DNA from: Podarcis vaucheri
Taxonomy: Eukaryota
Reading direction: 5' to 3' (one strand)
DNA length: 64,000 nucleotides
NCBI GenBank assembly: GCA_965113315.1
Contig: OZ220370.1
Shown: piece by piece, positions 12,797 to 24,308 of the stretch
Position numbering within the stretch: the first letter of the stretch is position 1
Layout of the letters: the number at the start of each line of letters is the position of its first letter
Made by a program: the position numbers and the translations under genes
The notes under the pieces: model-generated
Database searches by the model: none
Told to the model about the DNA's origin: nothing
What the model saw: the letters and a program-made list of their open reading frames with translations, nothing else

Positions 12797-13080
12797 GAAA
12801 TTAACTATGAAGAATTTTCAAGCATACCACTGAGTATTGGTGTGCGAAACATAGCTCCTTTCCATTCTTCAGTGGCTTCACAATATCAATATTCAGCGGC
12901 TTCTCAGGGTACCCCAATTACAGTACAAATAACCAATGTAATGGAAGGACCAGCATTTTATCCAACTTCAATAAAAGTGTCTGCACCTGAAAGCTTAACA
13001 ACTAAAACTATACTTACCTATGACGTTGGAACATTCCAAGCTATCGACCAGGATACTGGGAAAATTGCCACTAACGTCCG
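12797..13080 (+). CDS. DSG1: Desmoglein-1-like exon 9 (EC3-EC4), EINYEE...NVMEGP...DQDTGKIATNV
   Basis: Desmoglein NVxEGP linker; ttttag/gtaaaa; 284 nt, phase 0/2. Confidence 0.95.
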
Positions 13081-14156
13081 GTAAAATAGGCTTTGTTTTC
13101 AGGATTCTTCTTTGTAGCTCACCCCAAGAATTCAGACTTATCAGAGTGTGTGTGTGTGTGTGTATTTTCAGTATAAGCAGGACTCCATCTTTGCACCCAC
13201 ACATAGACATGCATACACACAGAGAGAGAAAGCAAAAGCTCTTGTTTCCAAAAAGGATGGAGGGTGGGGGTCTGCTCTCGCCACCACTTTTAATTGTTTT
13301 CCGAGATATGGAGAGAAGGAAAAGGGGAAACCGGGATATTCTGGGATCAAATCAGAAACCAGGATGGCTTCTGTGATTCTGGGACTGTCCCTGCAAAATT
13401 GGGACATTGGAGGGTCTGCATTTAGTATACAATAGGTGACCTTCAAAGTTGATCTTTCTCTGCTCTTTAAACTGCATTTGTCAAAAATGAATTGTGGCTA
13501 TTATATGGTTGATTTTTAAAGGAATGCATTTACAGTTCTGAATTTCAAATGTCAACGTTTTGAGGATACAGAGACTTCTAAGTGACTGTGGTATAAATAA
13601 ATCCACTAATGGTACTCATCTATATTCTTGGTGGGGAAAACCTTGAGGCCTCTGGTGCTAATAATGCACATTATTAATCCTAAAATAGCAAATCACAGAG
13701 CAATAAAAATAGTGTTATCTTAGTATGAATACCAATGCAAGGCAGATGTTCTATTATGGCCCTTCCCAGACATGAGGAGTTCCTGGTGACGTGGAAATTG
13801 GAGACTCATTATTCTTACCTACAGTGATTGTGCCTGCCTGCTATATAGCAGAAGTAGGAACTGCACAATCAGAGGTCTTCTAGGTTGAGTCCAACCCCTG
13901 CTCTGAACCCTGCAGGACACAGTTACAGCACCCATTACAGATGGCTGCTGAAGTACCTTCAGCAAAGTCTTGTCACCTCTGCTCATTCTGCATAATATGT
14001 GGAACCAAAACTCTAAGATACAACAAAAAGGTTTGCTCTCACATAACAGTATTTTCTCCTATTAAACTGAGCAAATAAAATCAGTCAGTTTGTGCAAATG
14101 TAAGCACTGTTACATCTTAAAATGAAGCCCAATTCATTTCTGCTAATCAAAAACAG

Positions 14157-14299
14157 CTACGTCATGGGACGTGATCCAGCCGCCTGGTTTCGAGTCAACC
14201 CAACAACTGGCGTCATCTCTTTCAACAAAGTGATTGATCGGGAATCAATCTATGTAGTCAATGGGGTATACTCTGCAGAGCTGCTAGCTATTACTAGAG
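14157..14299 (+). CDS. DSG1: Desmoglein-1-like exon 10 (EC4), YVMGRDPAAWF...IDRES...LAITR
   Basis: aaacag/gtaaga; 143 nt, phase 2/1, same size as DSG2 exon 10. Confidence 0.93.
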
Positions 14300-14759
14300 G
14301 TAAGAAAAGAGCTGGTTTTTTAAATATAATTTTCCTTGCTATTTACAGGAAGTCTGCAACAGCTTGAAGAAATGCAATTCTGCAAACTGAGATAGTTTTT
14401 CCAACTATCTCGTAGTCCATTTTGAGCTAGTGAAGAAAGTAGCCTTTGTGGGTTTCAAATAGCTAAATATACAAATATTCCCCCTTCAACAACTGCACCC
14501 AAATGTTGGTGTGGGTAGTTTCAAATCCACACATGAAACTGATTCCCCATAAATCACCTCTGAAGACTCCACACTTCTTGAGCTCCTCTTTGTGTAAACT
14601 CTCTTCTGTCTCAGCTTCTTCAGCTTCCAACAGTAGAAATTGAAAGCGCAAAATAAATGCATGCTGCTCAGTCATGCAACAGAATGTTTACAATGATACC
14701 CATATTTTCAAATGAATGGAGACACAAACTGCCGCTGAGGGACTTTTGAGGCTTTAGAG

Positions 14760-14895
14760 CAGGCATAGGGAAACTTGGCCCTCCAGATGTTTTGAGACTA
14801 CAATTCCCATCAACCCTGACCACTGGTCCTGTTAGCTAGAGATGGTGGGAGTTGTAGTCCCAAAACATCTGGAGGGCCAAGTTTGCCTATGCCTG
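14760..14895. mobile_element. Palindromic hAT-type MITE
   Basis: CAGGCATAGG...CCTATGCCTG, 8-bp TSD ctttagag/ctttaaag; degenerate relatives near 8280, 10320, 11960, 17050, 17340, 53250. Confidence 0.8.
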
Positions 14896-15049
14896 CTTTA
14901 AAGAGATACAGGGCTCTACAAGATTTCTCCTACTGGCAGTTCAGTGCTGCTGTTCAGTGGTGTTGATCGTGATATCCAAGGATATCACGTTTAAACTATC
15001 CAAATTATAAGAGGCATGTAAACTACCATATGTGAACTAGTACTGATCA

Positions 15050-16130
15050 TATAAGAAGCAGGGGCTGGATCAGACCAAAGACCCATCCATTCCAGCATGT
15101 TGTTCTCACAGTGGCTAACTAGATGCCTACTGGAATCCTGGAAGCACTCTCCTCATTTGTGGTTCTCAGCAAATGTTATTCAGAAGTATATTGCCCCTGA
15201 CCCTGTTTAAAGAATTGAGGCTGGTGACTATTGATATATTTTGTGGAATCAAATTCTGTAATTGTGCTGTGTGAAGGATTACTTCCTTTTGTTACTGAAT
15301 CTTCCATCATTCAGCTTCATTGGATGAGCTCAGGTCCTAGAATCCTAAGAGGCTCTAGAATGCTAAGAAAGAAAATGTCTCTCTATCCATTGCCTTCAAA
15401 CCATGCATAATTTTATATACCTCCACCATGTCCTCTGCCCTTAACTTGCCATTTTTTAAAACTAAAAAGACCCAAATGTTGCAACCCTTCCACATTAAAG
15501 AGTAGTTCCAGCTCCAGTAGTTGCAACCCTTCCACATCAGAGAGTAGTTCCAGATCATTTTGGGTGCCCTTTTCTTCACCTCTTCCAGCTTCAAAATATG
15601 ATTTTCAAGAGAAAGTGACCAGTGTACAACACTTCAAGTGCAGTCCCACTGTGCAGCTGTATAGCAGTTTTATTTTCAGTTCCTTTGCTTATAATCCCAC
15701 ACATTGAATTCACCCTTTTCACAATTGCCACACACTACGTTGGCATTTTCATTATCGGTCTCATTCCCGATCAGTCCCTGCCAGTTCAAACCCTTTTAGC
15801 ACAAATGTCACTTAAGCAATTTTTGCCCTCAGTGTGCAGAACTTTGCCCTTACTTACATTGAATTGCATTTATCATTTTAATGCACATTTGCTCAGCTTA
15901 GAGAGCTCCTTTTGAGGCTCCTTGCAATCCATCTTTTTAATTTTATCATCCTAAACAATTTGGTGCCATCAATAAACCTGGCTACCTCATTGCTCAACCC
16001 TAACCCTAACTCCAAGTTCAAGTTTTTTAAAATCACTGTTCCCAATCCCTTGGGAGATACAGTTTATTATATCCCTCCATTGTGGGAGCTGCCTGTTTAT
16101 TCCCACTCTCTTGCTAACCCATTTGTGACA
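15050..16130 (-). mobile_element. CR1 LINE 3' fragment
   Basis: Minus frame LEEVKKRAPKMI...DMVEVYKIMHG matches CR1 ORF2 C-terminus. Confidence 0.85.
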
Positions 16131-16634
16131 CAAAAATGTAGTTTTTTCTGAATCTGGAAATGTTCCTGCTTTCACAGATACACCATTACTGGGACTGCCT
16201 ACATTTATTTTCACCAGTTTTCAAATGGACAAACTGCAGGGTAATGCAGAATCAATCTGCAATGAGATTTTAGTTTCAAAATGAAACCAGTTTCTCAAGA
16301 AGCACTTTTGAGGACCAAAAAGTATCCCATAAAACTAGATTGTGTGTGGACAATGTACTAAGTCTCCACTGATTCTAGATAAAATGCTGTCTGCAGACAG
16401 CCTTCCTTCCCCCCCCCCCCCCCGCTTTTTATCCCATTATCAGCCATTGAGTATTTAACAGCTGTTTAACTTCAAACAATAAAATCAACCACTTGTTTAC
16501 TTTTCTGATTTGTACAAATGTAGTTTTGCCATGCTGTTTGCTTACCAGGAGTATTTTTCTTCTGCAACATAGACTAGTAAGATGCACCTGATTCCACCCA
16601 CCCACCATCTTCATATAGATGTCTTTTATTACAG

Positions 16635-16856
16635 ACAGTCCTTTCACAACAGCTACTGGTACCATTGTGCTTACTATTGATGATGTCAATGACAACTGCC
16701 CTACTGTAACAGACGAAATCAGAAGAGTATGTGTGGACAATCCAACAGCGGTAATCACAGCTCACGATCTAGATGGCCATCCATATGGTCCACCTTTTAA
16801 ATTTACAATAGTGGCACAGTCTCCAGGAAGTTCGTGGAACATCAGAATAGTGAATG
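16635..16856 (+). CDS. DSG1: Desmoglein-1-like exon 11 (EC4-EC5), DSPFTTATGT...DDVNDNCP...DLDGHPYGPPF
   Basis: Intact DxNDNCP and DxD motifs; acag/gtgagt; 222 nt, phase 1/1. Confidence 0.93.
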
Positions 16857-18157
16857 GTGAGTACATTTATATGTAGAGATCACCTTGCCAGTCAATGCTT
16901 GCCTGACTTTCTAAGCTGGTTTACCTTCCAACACCTCCCTCCTATCCCTGCACCAACCATTTCTTTGTATGGTAAGTTTGTAAGAATCGGTGTGCTTTCT
17001 GGTCACTCTCAACTTGGGCATGTGGGAATCCTACACAACAGTTTGAGCAGGCATCTCCAGATGTTTTGGACTACAATTCCCATCATCCCTGACCACTGGT
17101 CCTGTTACCTAGGGATCATGGGAGTTGTAGGCCAAAACATCTGGAGGGTCGCAGGTTGGGGATGCCTGAGTTTGAGCATCTGGGCCACAGGAAGGGAGAA
17201 ACATCTATTGAGTTTGTAGCAAACAAAGACATTCAGACAAAGGCATGGTGCAACTGTGTAATGTTATGTAATTCAGCTTCAATATAATGCAAATGTCTTG
17301 CAGTATCTGTAATCAATTAAAGCATCCCTGAGAGTGAGCCTTCTTCAACCTCATGTCCTCGAGGTTCTGGGACTGCATTTCCCATCATCCCCTACTGTTG
17401 GCCACGCTGGCTGAGACTCTGGAAGTTGTAGTCCAAAACATCTAGAGGGCAGGTGTGTGAAGGCTGGGGAAGGCTGCTCAAAGCATTTGCTAGAGGAATG
17501 TTCTCCAAGCATGACCATCAAATAACCCTCTCCTGCTCTCTGGCTTCTCTGTGATCAACATGAATGTAGCTGTTGGGTACCTGCCCCCATTCACTTTTAT
17601 CAGTTGATGGTCAATTCTTACAAGACATTGCTAATTAACTTCATCAGCCCAGGGAATGGGAGGGTAAGCAAAGAGAGAAGTCAGTGGCATAGCTGCACTG
17701 TGCTGCAGGAAAGAAACTCAAATGTGCTTTCTGAATGCACCCAGATGGGTTCTGAGATTTGTATCCTACATCGCACAAGATTAGGCTCCCATCAGCACAT
17801 GCATTTCTGCTTGCTCATCAGGACTTCCCCCTTCTTCTTACCCCCACATGCTCCCTGTGCCCTCCCCAGCTTTGCTCCTGAGGGTTGACAGAACTCCTAG
17901 AACAGATTTAGTGAACATCCATGGGAAGGAGAGGGTGAGGAAATCCCATTGTGCAAGAGGAAATCCTAACACCAACAGCACACTCACTCAGCACTATGTT
18001 GGAGGTGACCCTGAGAGATTAATGTAGTCTAGGCTACCCTCATAAGGACTGCTAACTTTATTTAGGAACATGAACTTGACCCTGAGCAGAGATTCCAAAG
18101 CAGAATTCTTAATCTAAATTATTATTTTTGTTTCTTCCCTCTCCCCGTCCCAAACAG

Positions 18158-18862
18158 ATACCTCAGCAGCACTGTTCTCCCAGGATATAGAATTTGTCAT
18201 TCATGAGGTCCAAGTTAGAGTGTTCGACAACAGTGGCAGAAGCTGTGATAGGCCACTGGTTATTCCTTTGCAAGCCTGTCATTGTGACCGCAATGGGAAC
18301 TGTGTCAAGTCTGCCACTCGAAGAATCACTGTTACTATTATTGGTGGTGGTGCTGGTGGAGGTGGTGGTGCTGGTGGTGCTGGTGCTGGTGGAGGAGGAG
18401 CAGGAGGAGGAGCAGGAGGAGGAGGAATGGCAGGAGGTGGAACAGGCGTTATTGGTGGAGGTGGCCAGGGAGGAGTCATTGGGGGAGGAACTAGTGGAGG
18501 AGGAACCAGCGGAGGAGGAACTGGCTGGGGAGGAAGCACAGGGGGAGGAGCAGGGGGAGGAGCAGCTGGCGGAGGAGGAACTGGTGGAGGAGGAACTGGG
18601 GGAGAAGGAACTGGAGGAGGAACCGGTGAGGGAGCAGGCACCTGGGGAGGAACAGGAGGAGGAAGAGATGACGGAACAGGAGGAACTGGTGGTGGCACTG
18701 GTGGTGTTATTGATTATGGTGATGGTGGCGCAGGTGGCTATGGTGGTTATGGTGGCTATGGTGGTTATGATGGTTATGGTTGGGGCAGACAAGGAGGCGC
18801 AGAAACTACACTTAGTGCTACAGCCATTGGCCTGATGTTCCTCGGAGGACTAATATTTGTGT
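18158..18862 (+). CDS. DSG1: Desmoglein-1-like exon 12 (EC5 C-half, 152-aa Gly-rich stalk, start of TM helix)
   Basis: Pyrimidine tract + aacag acceptor, gtaagt donor; 705 nt open frame, phase 1/1; begins with EC5 DNSGRSC...ACHCD..C and ends with TM AIGLMFLGGLIFV. Confidence 0.93.
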
Positions 18863-19194
18863 GTAAGTATTCTACTGAAACTAAATTAACTATTTCTGTT
18901 TTGTTTGTTTGTTCTTTGGAATTCTGTGTGTTTTTTAAAAGGGAACTAGACCGCTGATCTTTCTTATTTAGAATTTTGCTATAACATTATTGCATTAATG
19001 AAAGCTGCTCTGTGCACCTTCCCATGAAATGAGGATTTTTGACAAGAGGAGAGTTGAAGATTTTGGAGTCCCATTAACTATATGTTTATGTTCACACACT
19101 TTAAAATCACAACCTAGCCTTGAAGGAAGTATCAAGTGCTGCACTTAACACAGAAATGTGTGCTACCATAGCTTAATGCACAAGGCTAAGCAGA

Positions 19195-19541
19195 GGGACG
19201 CGGGTGGCACTGTGGGTTAAACCACAGAGCCTAGGGCTTGCCTATCAGAAGGTTGGCGGTTCGAATCCCTGCGTCGGGGTGAGCTCCCGTTGCTTGGACC
19301 CTGCTCCTGCCAAGCTAGCAGTTTGAAAGCATGAAGTGCAAGTAGATAAATAAGTACCGCTCCAGTGGGAAGGTAAACAGCGTTTCCGTGTGCTGCTCTG
19401 GTTTGCCAGAAGCGGCTTAGTCATGTTGGCCACATAACCCGGAAGCTGTATGCCGGCTCCCTCGGCCAATAAAGCGAGATGAGTGCCACAACCCCAGAGT
19501 CGTCCGCAACTGGACCTAATGGTCAGGGGTCCCTTTACCTT
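19195..19541 (+). mobile_element. Sauria SINE
   Basis: Full length, TSD taagcagag. Confidence 0.92.
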
Positions 19542-19636
19542 TAAGCAGAGTCAATGGCCAAATAGCTGTCTTACTTGTTTCCAAAAAGCCTTAAGATGCC
19601 TCATCAACAGATAGTTCTGGGTGCAGCAATGAAAAT

Positions 19637-19845
19637 ATAGGAAGTAGCCTTGTGCTGATTCAGACCAGTGCTCCATCTAGCTTGGTATTGTCTCTACACT
19701 GACTGACAGTAGCATTTCTGGGGTTTTAGGCAGCAGTTTTCCCCAGCCCTGCCTGGAGATTGATTGGGGATTGGGAATCTTGGGGATTGAACCTGGGACC
19801 TTCTGCATGCAAAGTAGAGGCTTGACCACTCAGCTATGGCTCTTC
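19637..19845 (-). mobile_element. tRNA-derived SINE (Squam3-like)
   Basis: Reverse complement of ATAGCTGAGTGG...GGTCCCAGGTTCAATCCC head; same family at 38067-38222 and 57518-57700 (+). Confidence 0.7.
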
Positions 19846-20560
19846 CCAACTGCACCTGCAAAGCAGATCCAGAGATGCACCAGTTGCCATAGGAGTGCTG
19901 CTCATGTAGCTGCCAGGGCAGCTGCTGTATCAGCAATGGGAATGGTGTTAAACTGGATCCCAGCACCAGTGGGCTGACTGGTCTGCTTGAATCAGAGTTA
20001 TATCCTGGCACCTAATGCTGTCTCAGCCATGCCTGTTCGTGTAAAGAAGGATAAATAGAAATAATGTGTTGTTCGTAATGCTCACCATTGAAACATAAAA
20101 GTGGTTAAACAAATAGATTAAGAAATATAGATGATAAGAGAAAATAATTTAGAACAGTAAGAAAACACAATTAAAAGGACAGTAAATAGGAAACCATGGA
20201 AAGAGTGGAAGGGAAGTAAAAGTAAAGATATATAGTAATTTGGATGAATATAGATAAGTTATTATTACTGTAATTCGTGTTTTATATATATGCTGTTATC
20301 TTTCTTATTATTTTGTGCATGACTGTAACATAGTATGTGTTGTCGACAAGAAATAATAGAAAAGTAAATAAGAAAAAAGGAAGAAAGAAACATAAAAGTG
20401 GTTAGAAATCAAAGGATTCTTGGTTCTGTCTAATTTAAAATTCCTCTTGGGTCTCAGAACTTTTCATTCCTTGCAAATTAAGTTGCGTATTTATATTTGG
20501 AGACAAATATATGCCATAATGCTTAAAAACGGCATCAATTTCTTTTACCTCATCTATTAG

Positions 20561-20712
20561 TGGTTCCAATTCTGATGTCACAGAGTGACTGTTGTGGCTA
20601 TTGTGGATCTGGTCCTACTGGTGGCGTTGGGGCTGGATTTGAGCCTGTGCCTGAATGTTCAGAAGGAGCTATTCATTCATGGGGAATTGAAGGAGCACAG
20701 CCGGAAGACCGG
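20561..20712 (+). CDS. DSG1: Desmoglein-1-like exon 13 (TM end, intracellular anchor), LVPILMSQSDCCGYC...FEPVPECSEGAIHSWGIEGAQPEDR
   Basis: FEPVPECS(D/E)GAIHSW is DSG1-like; attag/gttggt; 152 nt, phase 1/0. Confidence 0.92.
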
Positions 20713-21119
20713 GTTGGTTCATAACTTTGCAGAAAGCTTTACAGGATCTATCCCATTATCAATATGAAGCCTCTAACACAATGATGGACCTGTCAGACTT
20801 CCTAGCACAACCATTATTGTCTGTCCCATCTATTCCATTTCAACATTTGTATTCCACTCTTCAGTGTTTTCACTCCGAGCCGACTCCCAAGTAATATAAA
20901 AGCAACCAAAATAAGCATAGCAAAACAACATATTACTTGGTTGACTATTTTCCTCCATATTGATCTGCCCAACTGCTAGGATCAGCTGAGGCAAGTCTCC
21001 CAGGCAGAAGCAGCTCACCAGGTGGGGTGGAACTGCTGTGCTAGCTTCCTGACAGGTGGGCCACTGATGTTTACTGGGAGGGAGGAGCAAGGCAGCAGGG
21101 AGGTTGGTGCAGTATCACC

Positions 21120-21910
21120 ATCATCATCACCATCATTAAAATTTCTATACCATCCTTCATCTGAAGATCACAGGGTGGTTTACAATATAAAAACACAAAA
21201 TACATACCATAATAACAAGCAAAAATAATTCTCCCCCCATCCATCCCCAGTTTAAAAGGCCATAGATTTTTTAATTAGCCAAATGTCTCAGAGGAGTGTT
21301 TTTATCTAGCACCTAGACATATGTAACCAAAGCCCAGGTGACCTTCCCTGGAGAAAGCATTCCACTAAGAGGGAATGACCACAGAAAAAGCCCGTTCTCA
21401 TGTTGCAGCCCTCCAGACCTCTCACAGAGGAGGCACACTAAGAAGGGCCTCAGATGGTGATCACAGGGTCCAGCTCACTTCATATAGGGAGAGGCAGTTT
21501 TTGAGGTAGCGTGGTCCTGAGCTTTTTAAGGCTTTATAAGTCAAAAGCAGCACTTTGAATTGGGCCCAGAAACTAATTGGCAGCTGGTGCAGTTGAGCCA
21601 GGATTGGCATTATATTCTCAAGCCGTCTTGCCCCAGTGAGCAACCTGGCCTCCGAATTCTGCACCAGCTGATGTTTCCAAACTGTCTTCAGAGGCATCCC
21701 TATGTATAACATGCTGCAGTAATCTAAGCTGGAGGTTAAGAGAGCATAGACAACTAAAGTTAGGCTATCCTTGTCTAGGCAGGGGTGCAGCTGAAGCAGA
21801 TGGAAGGTACTCTGTGCCACCAAGGCCACCTGAGCCACAAGTGACAGCGGCAGATCCAGAAGTACTCCAAAGTTGCATACCCACTCCTTCAGAAGAAGTG
21901 TAATCCCATC
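21120..21910 (-). mobile_element. L2 LINE 3' fragment
   Basis: ORF 21461-22003 contains TSSLDYC...QLVQNSEARLLTG...FKVLLLTYKAL, typical L2 ORF2 C-terminus. Confidence 0.88.
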
Positions 21911-22226
21911 ACTTACCTGACCTCCTGGTAGGTGGGTTGCTGCTGCGGAGGGGGAGGGGCCAGGCAGCAGTGTCAGCCTTATGCAAATTGGCTCCCCCTC
22001 CACTGCCTTGTCCCACCTTCACTCCCTGTGAACAGCAGCAGCTCTGCGGCCGGGAGGTTAGGTAAATGCTCCCACTCCAACCCAACATCTGCTTCTAATG
22101 CCTGTCTAGTTTCCCATTATGCTTGTGGTCCTCTGAATCAAGCCAAAAACCTTGTATTTACATCTCTTTTAAAAAATCAATATTTAAACTAGCTTTTTAA
22201 AATTTATTTTTACTCACTTCTTTTAG

Positions 22227-22290
22227 GATGTTTCAAATATTTGTGGGCAAGTGGCAAATACAGGCATGGGCGACTATGGTGACTCCTCAG
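22227..22290 (+). CDS. DSG1: Desmoglein-1-like exon 14, DVSNICGQVANTGMGDYGDSS
   Basis: Strong ttttag and cag|gtaagg sites; 64 nt, phase 0/1, required to keep frame between exons 13 and 15. Confidence 0.85.
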
Positions 22291-22451
22291 GTAAGGCTAA
22301 ACAGACATTGTAAGTTTGGTAAATAATACTTTTCATATATATTCCTTCCAGTGGATATATGGAAGGATAATACAAAAGGCTTGGAGACACAGGGCAGCTT
22401 CAGAAGCATAACCCAGCTCCACAGCCTGTGTTCACCTACTATAGTTTAGAT

Positions 22452-22528
22452 CAGGGTTTCCCAGACTTGGGTCTCCAGCTGTTTTTGTAGCCCGAAAACA
22501 GCTGGAGACCCAAGTTTGGGAAACCTTG
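22452..22528. mobile_element. 77-bp hairpin hAT MITE
   Basis: Near-perfect inverted repeat, exact 8-bp TSD gtttagat. Confidence 0.85.
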
Positions 22529-22712
22529 GTTTAGATCTTGTTAGCACCTCCAACGTTAACTGAAGTCCATACCATTGAAATCCAGAGATCAACAGATGTT
22601 CCTTTGTGCATATGGCATTCATCCATACAGATAAGCTGCTCGCCGTGTGGCTTTCACAGAAGAAGAAGTAGAAGAAGAAGAGAGGAGGGGGAGGGGGGAG
22701 GAAACACCTATA

Positions 22713-22948
22713 CAGTGGTACCTTGGTTTACGAACTTAATCCGTTCTGGAAGTCCATTCTTAAACCAAAACCATTCTTAAACTGAGGTGCGCTTTCCCTA
22801 ATGAGGCCTCCCACCGCCAGTGCCCTTCTACCGCTTCCATTCGTAGACCAGGGTAAAGTTCGCTAACCAAAACACCTACTTCCGGTTTGCGGAGTTCATA
22901 TACCAAAGAGTTCATTAACTGGGCTGTTCGTAAACCGAGGTACCACTG
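22713..22948. mobile_element. Tigger/pogo-like MITE
   Basis: TA-CAGTGGTACCTTGGTTTACGAAC...GTTCGTAAACCGAGGTACCACTG-TA. Confidence 0.88.
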
Positions 22949-23171
22949 TATATGAGCACTAGTAGCAGTTGGCCTATTAGGATGCACTGCTCCAACAACT
23001 TCAATGTGCCCTCAACCAGCCCCACTCTGCCGGCTTTCTTGATGGTGGCACTGGCTGTCAGCTTCCTCCTCTTCAGTCTCAAGACTGCCCTTGTAGAACT
23101 CAGAAACAAAGAGGATGGGTGCAAAATTAGAATTAGCTGGCTCAGTCTGTCATTACCTCTAGCACTACCTA

Positions 23172-23332
23172 CCGTATTTTTCCATGTATAAGACTAGGTT
23201 TTTTTTCCTTAAAAATAATGTCAAAAATTAGGGGGCATCTTATACACGGATACATCTTTCCTCTTAAATCTGAGTCCCCCAAAATAGGGGGCATCTTATA
23301 CATGGGGGTGTCTTATAGATGGAAAAATACGG
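23172..23332. mobile_element. CCGTA-type Tc1/mariner MITE
   Basis: TA-CCGTATTTTTCCATGTATAAGAC...GTCTTATAGATGGAAAAATACGG-TA. Confidence 0.85.
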
Positions 23333-23526
23333 TACCTTTTGCCTAACCAGACCCAAGGGACACCAGACACTACTGCTTGCCCATATTAATGGGGTTTAAA
23401 GTGGCTTGAATTCATCTCCGCATTGGCTACTAGGCCAGGATGTTTGGGGGCTACATAAATTACCACTGTTCCTCCGAAAGCATCATGCAAAACTAATATG
23501 GGGTTGTTGTTGTTTCTAATTTTCAG

Positions 23527-23738
23527 ATATCTATGCAACTAAGTATAAAGGTGGAGTGAGTACAGGAGTTGAAGAGACAATCGGACTCGGAGCAGTTAAA
23601 GGCTATGGAACGAATGTTGATTACGGAACTACTACAGGCTATGGAACAACAGGAAGAAAAGAAGCATATGGAGGGACCATAAAAGAATACAGAGAGAGTG
23701 GTGTGAATATGGCTTTCTTGGACAGCTATTTTTCGGAG
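23527..23738 (+). CDS. DSG1: Desmoglein-1-like exon 15, DIYATKY...EYRESGVNMAFLDSYFSE
   Basis: NMxFLxSYF motif; tttcag/gtaacc; 212 nt, phase 1/0. Confidence 0.93.
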
Positions 23739-24308
23739 GTAACCCACGTTCATCTCTTTCAACGCAGGCAGTTTACTAAATGTGCCAGTTTGGGACAAGT
23801 CCTTACCATGGTTGTATGCAACTGTCCTTGCCAGTATATGTAGGGCAAATTTCAGTCCCAGGTAAACAGGACTATATTCAGGGTCAGAGAAGTCCAAACT
23901 GCTTTTATCCAAGTTGCTGAATGCAGTTGCTTTAGCAAATTGGAGGGGTGGTAGGGAAAGGTGGTGACTTTAGGATGCTTTGCACCAAGTGTATTTCTGT
24001 GTGCAGAGAAGTTATACTTGCTGGTTGTATCTGACCACATCTGCCCCTGCCACATCATTTCCTAGGCACATCAATTTCTCCTTCTGCCCTCAACATAAAC
24101 TCTGCATGCCTGACCTTTGGCTAACAGCAGAAGGAATTTATCTGAACAAATCTAATCACTCCAATTGCACATTTTTTAACCACTGATATTCTGTCTGGTG
24201 CTCAATAGCAGTGCATTGCATCTCTTACTAATAGATTTGTTTTCTTCTTCATGTTGATCACAAGAAAGCAAGGACTTCAATTCTGTCTTCCCCTTTCTTC
24301 ATTTTTAG

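Noticed and set aside
18279-18698. Poly-proline ORF (139 aa) and Ser/Thr-rich ORF (18163-18792) on the minus strand
   Set aside because: Antisense shadows of GGN glycine codons; no independent gene signals.
18194-18835. 213-aa Glu-rich ORF with two hydrophobic stretches
   Set aside because: Shifted frame of the Gly tract (GGA GGA reads as GAG); non-ATG start; splice phases select the Gly frame.
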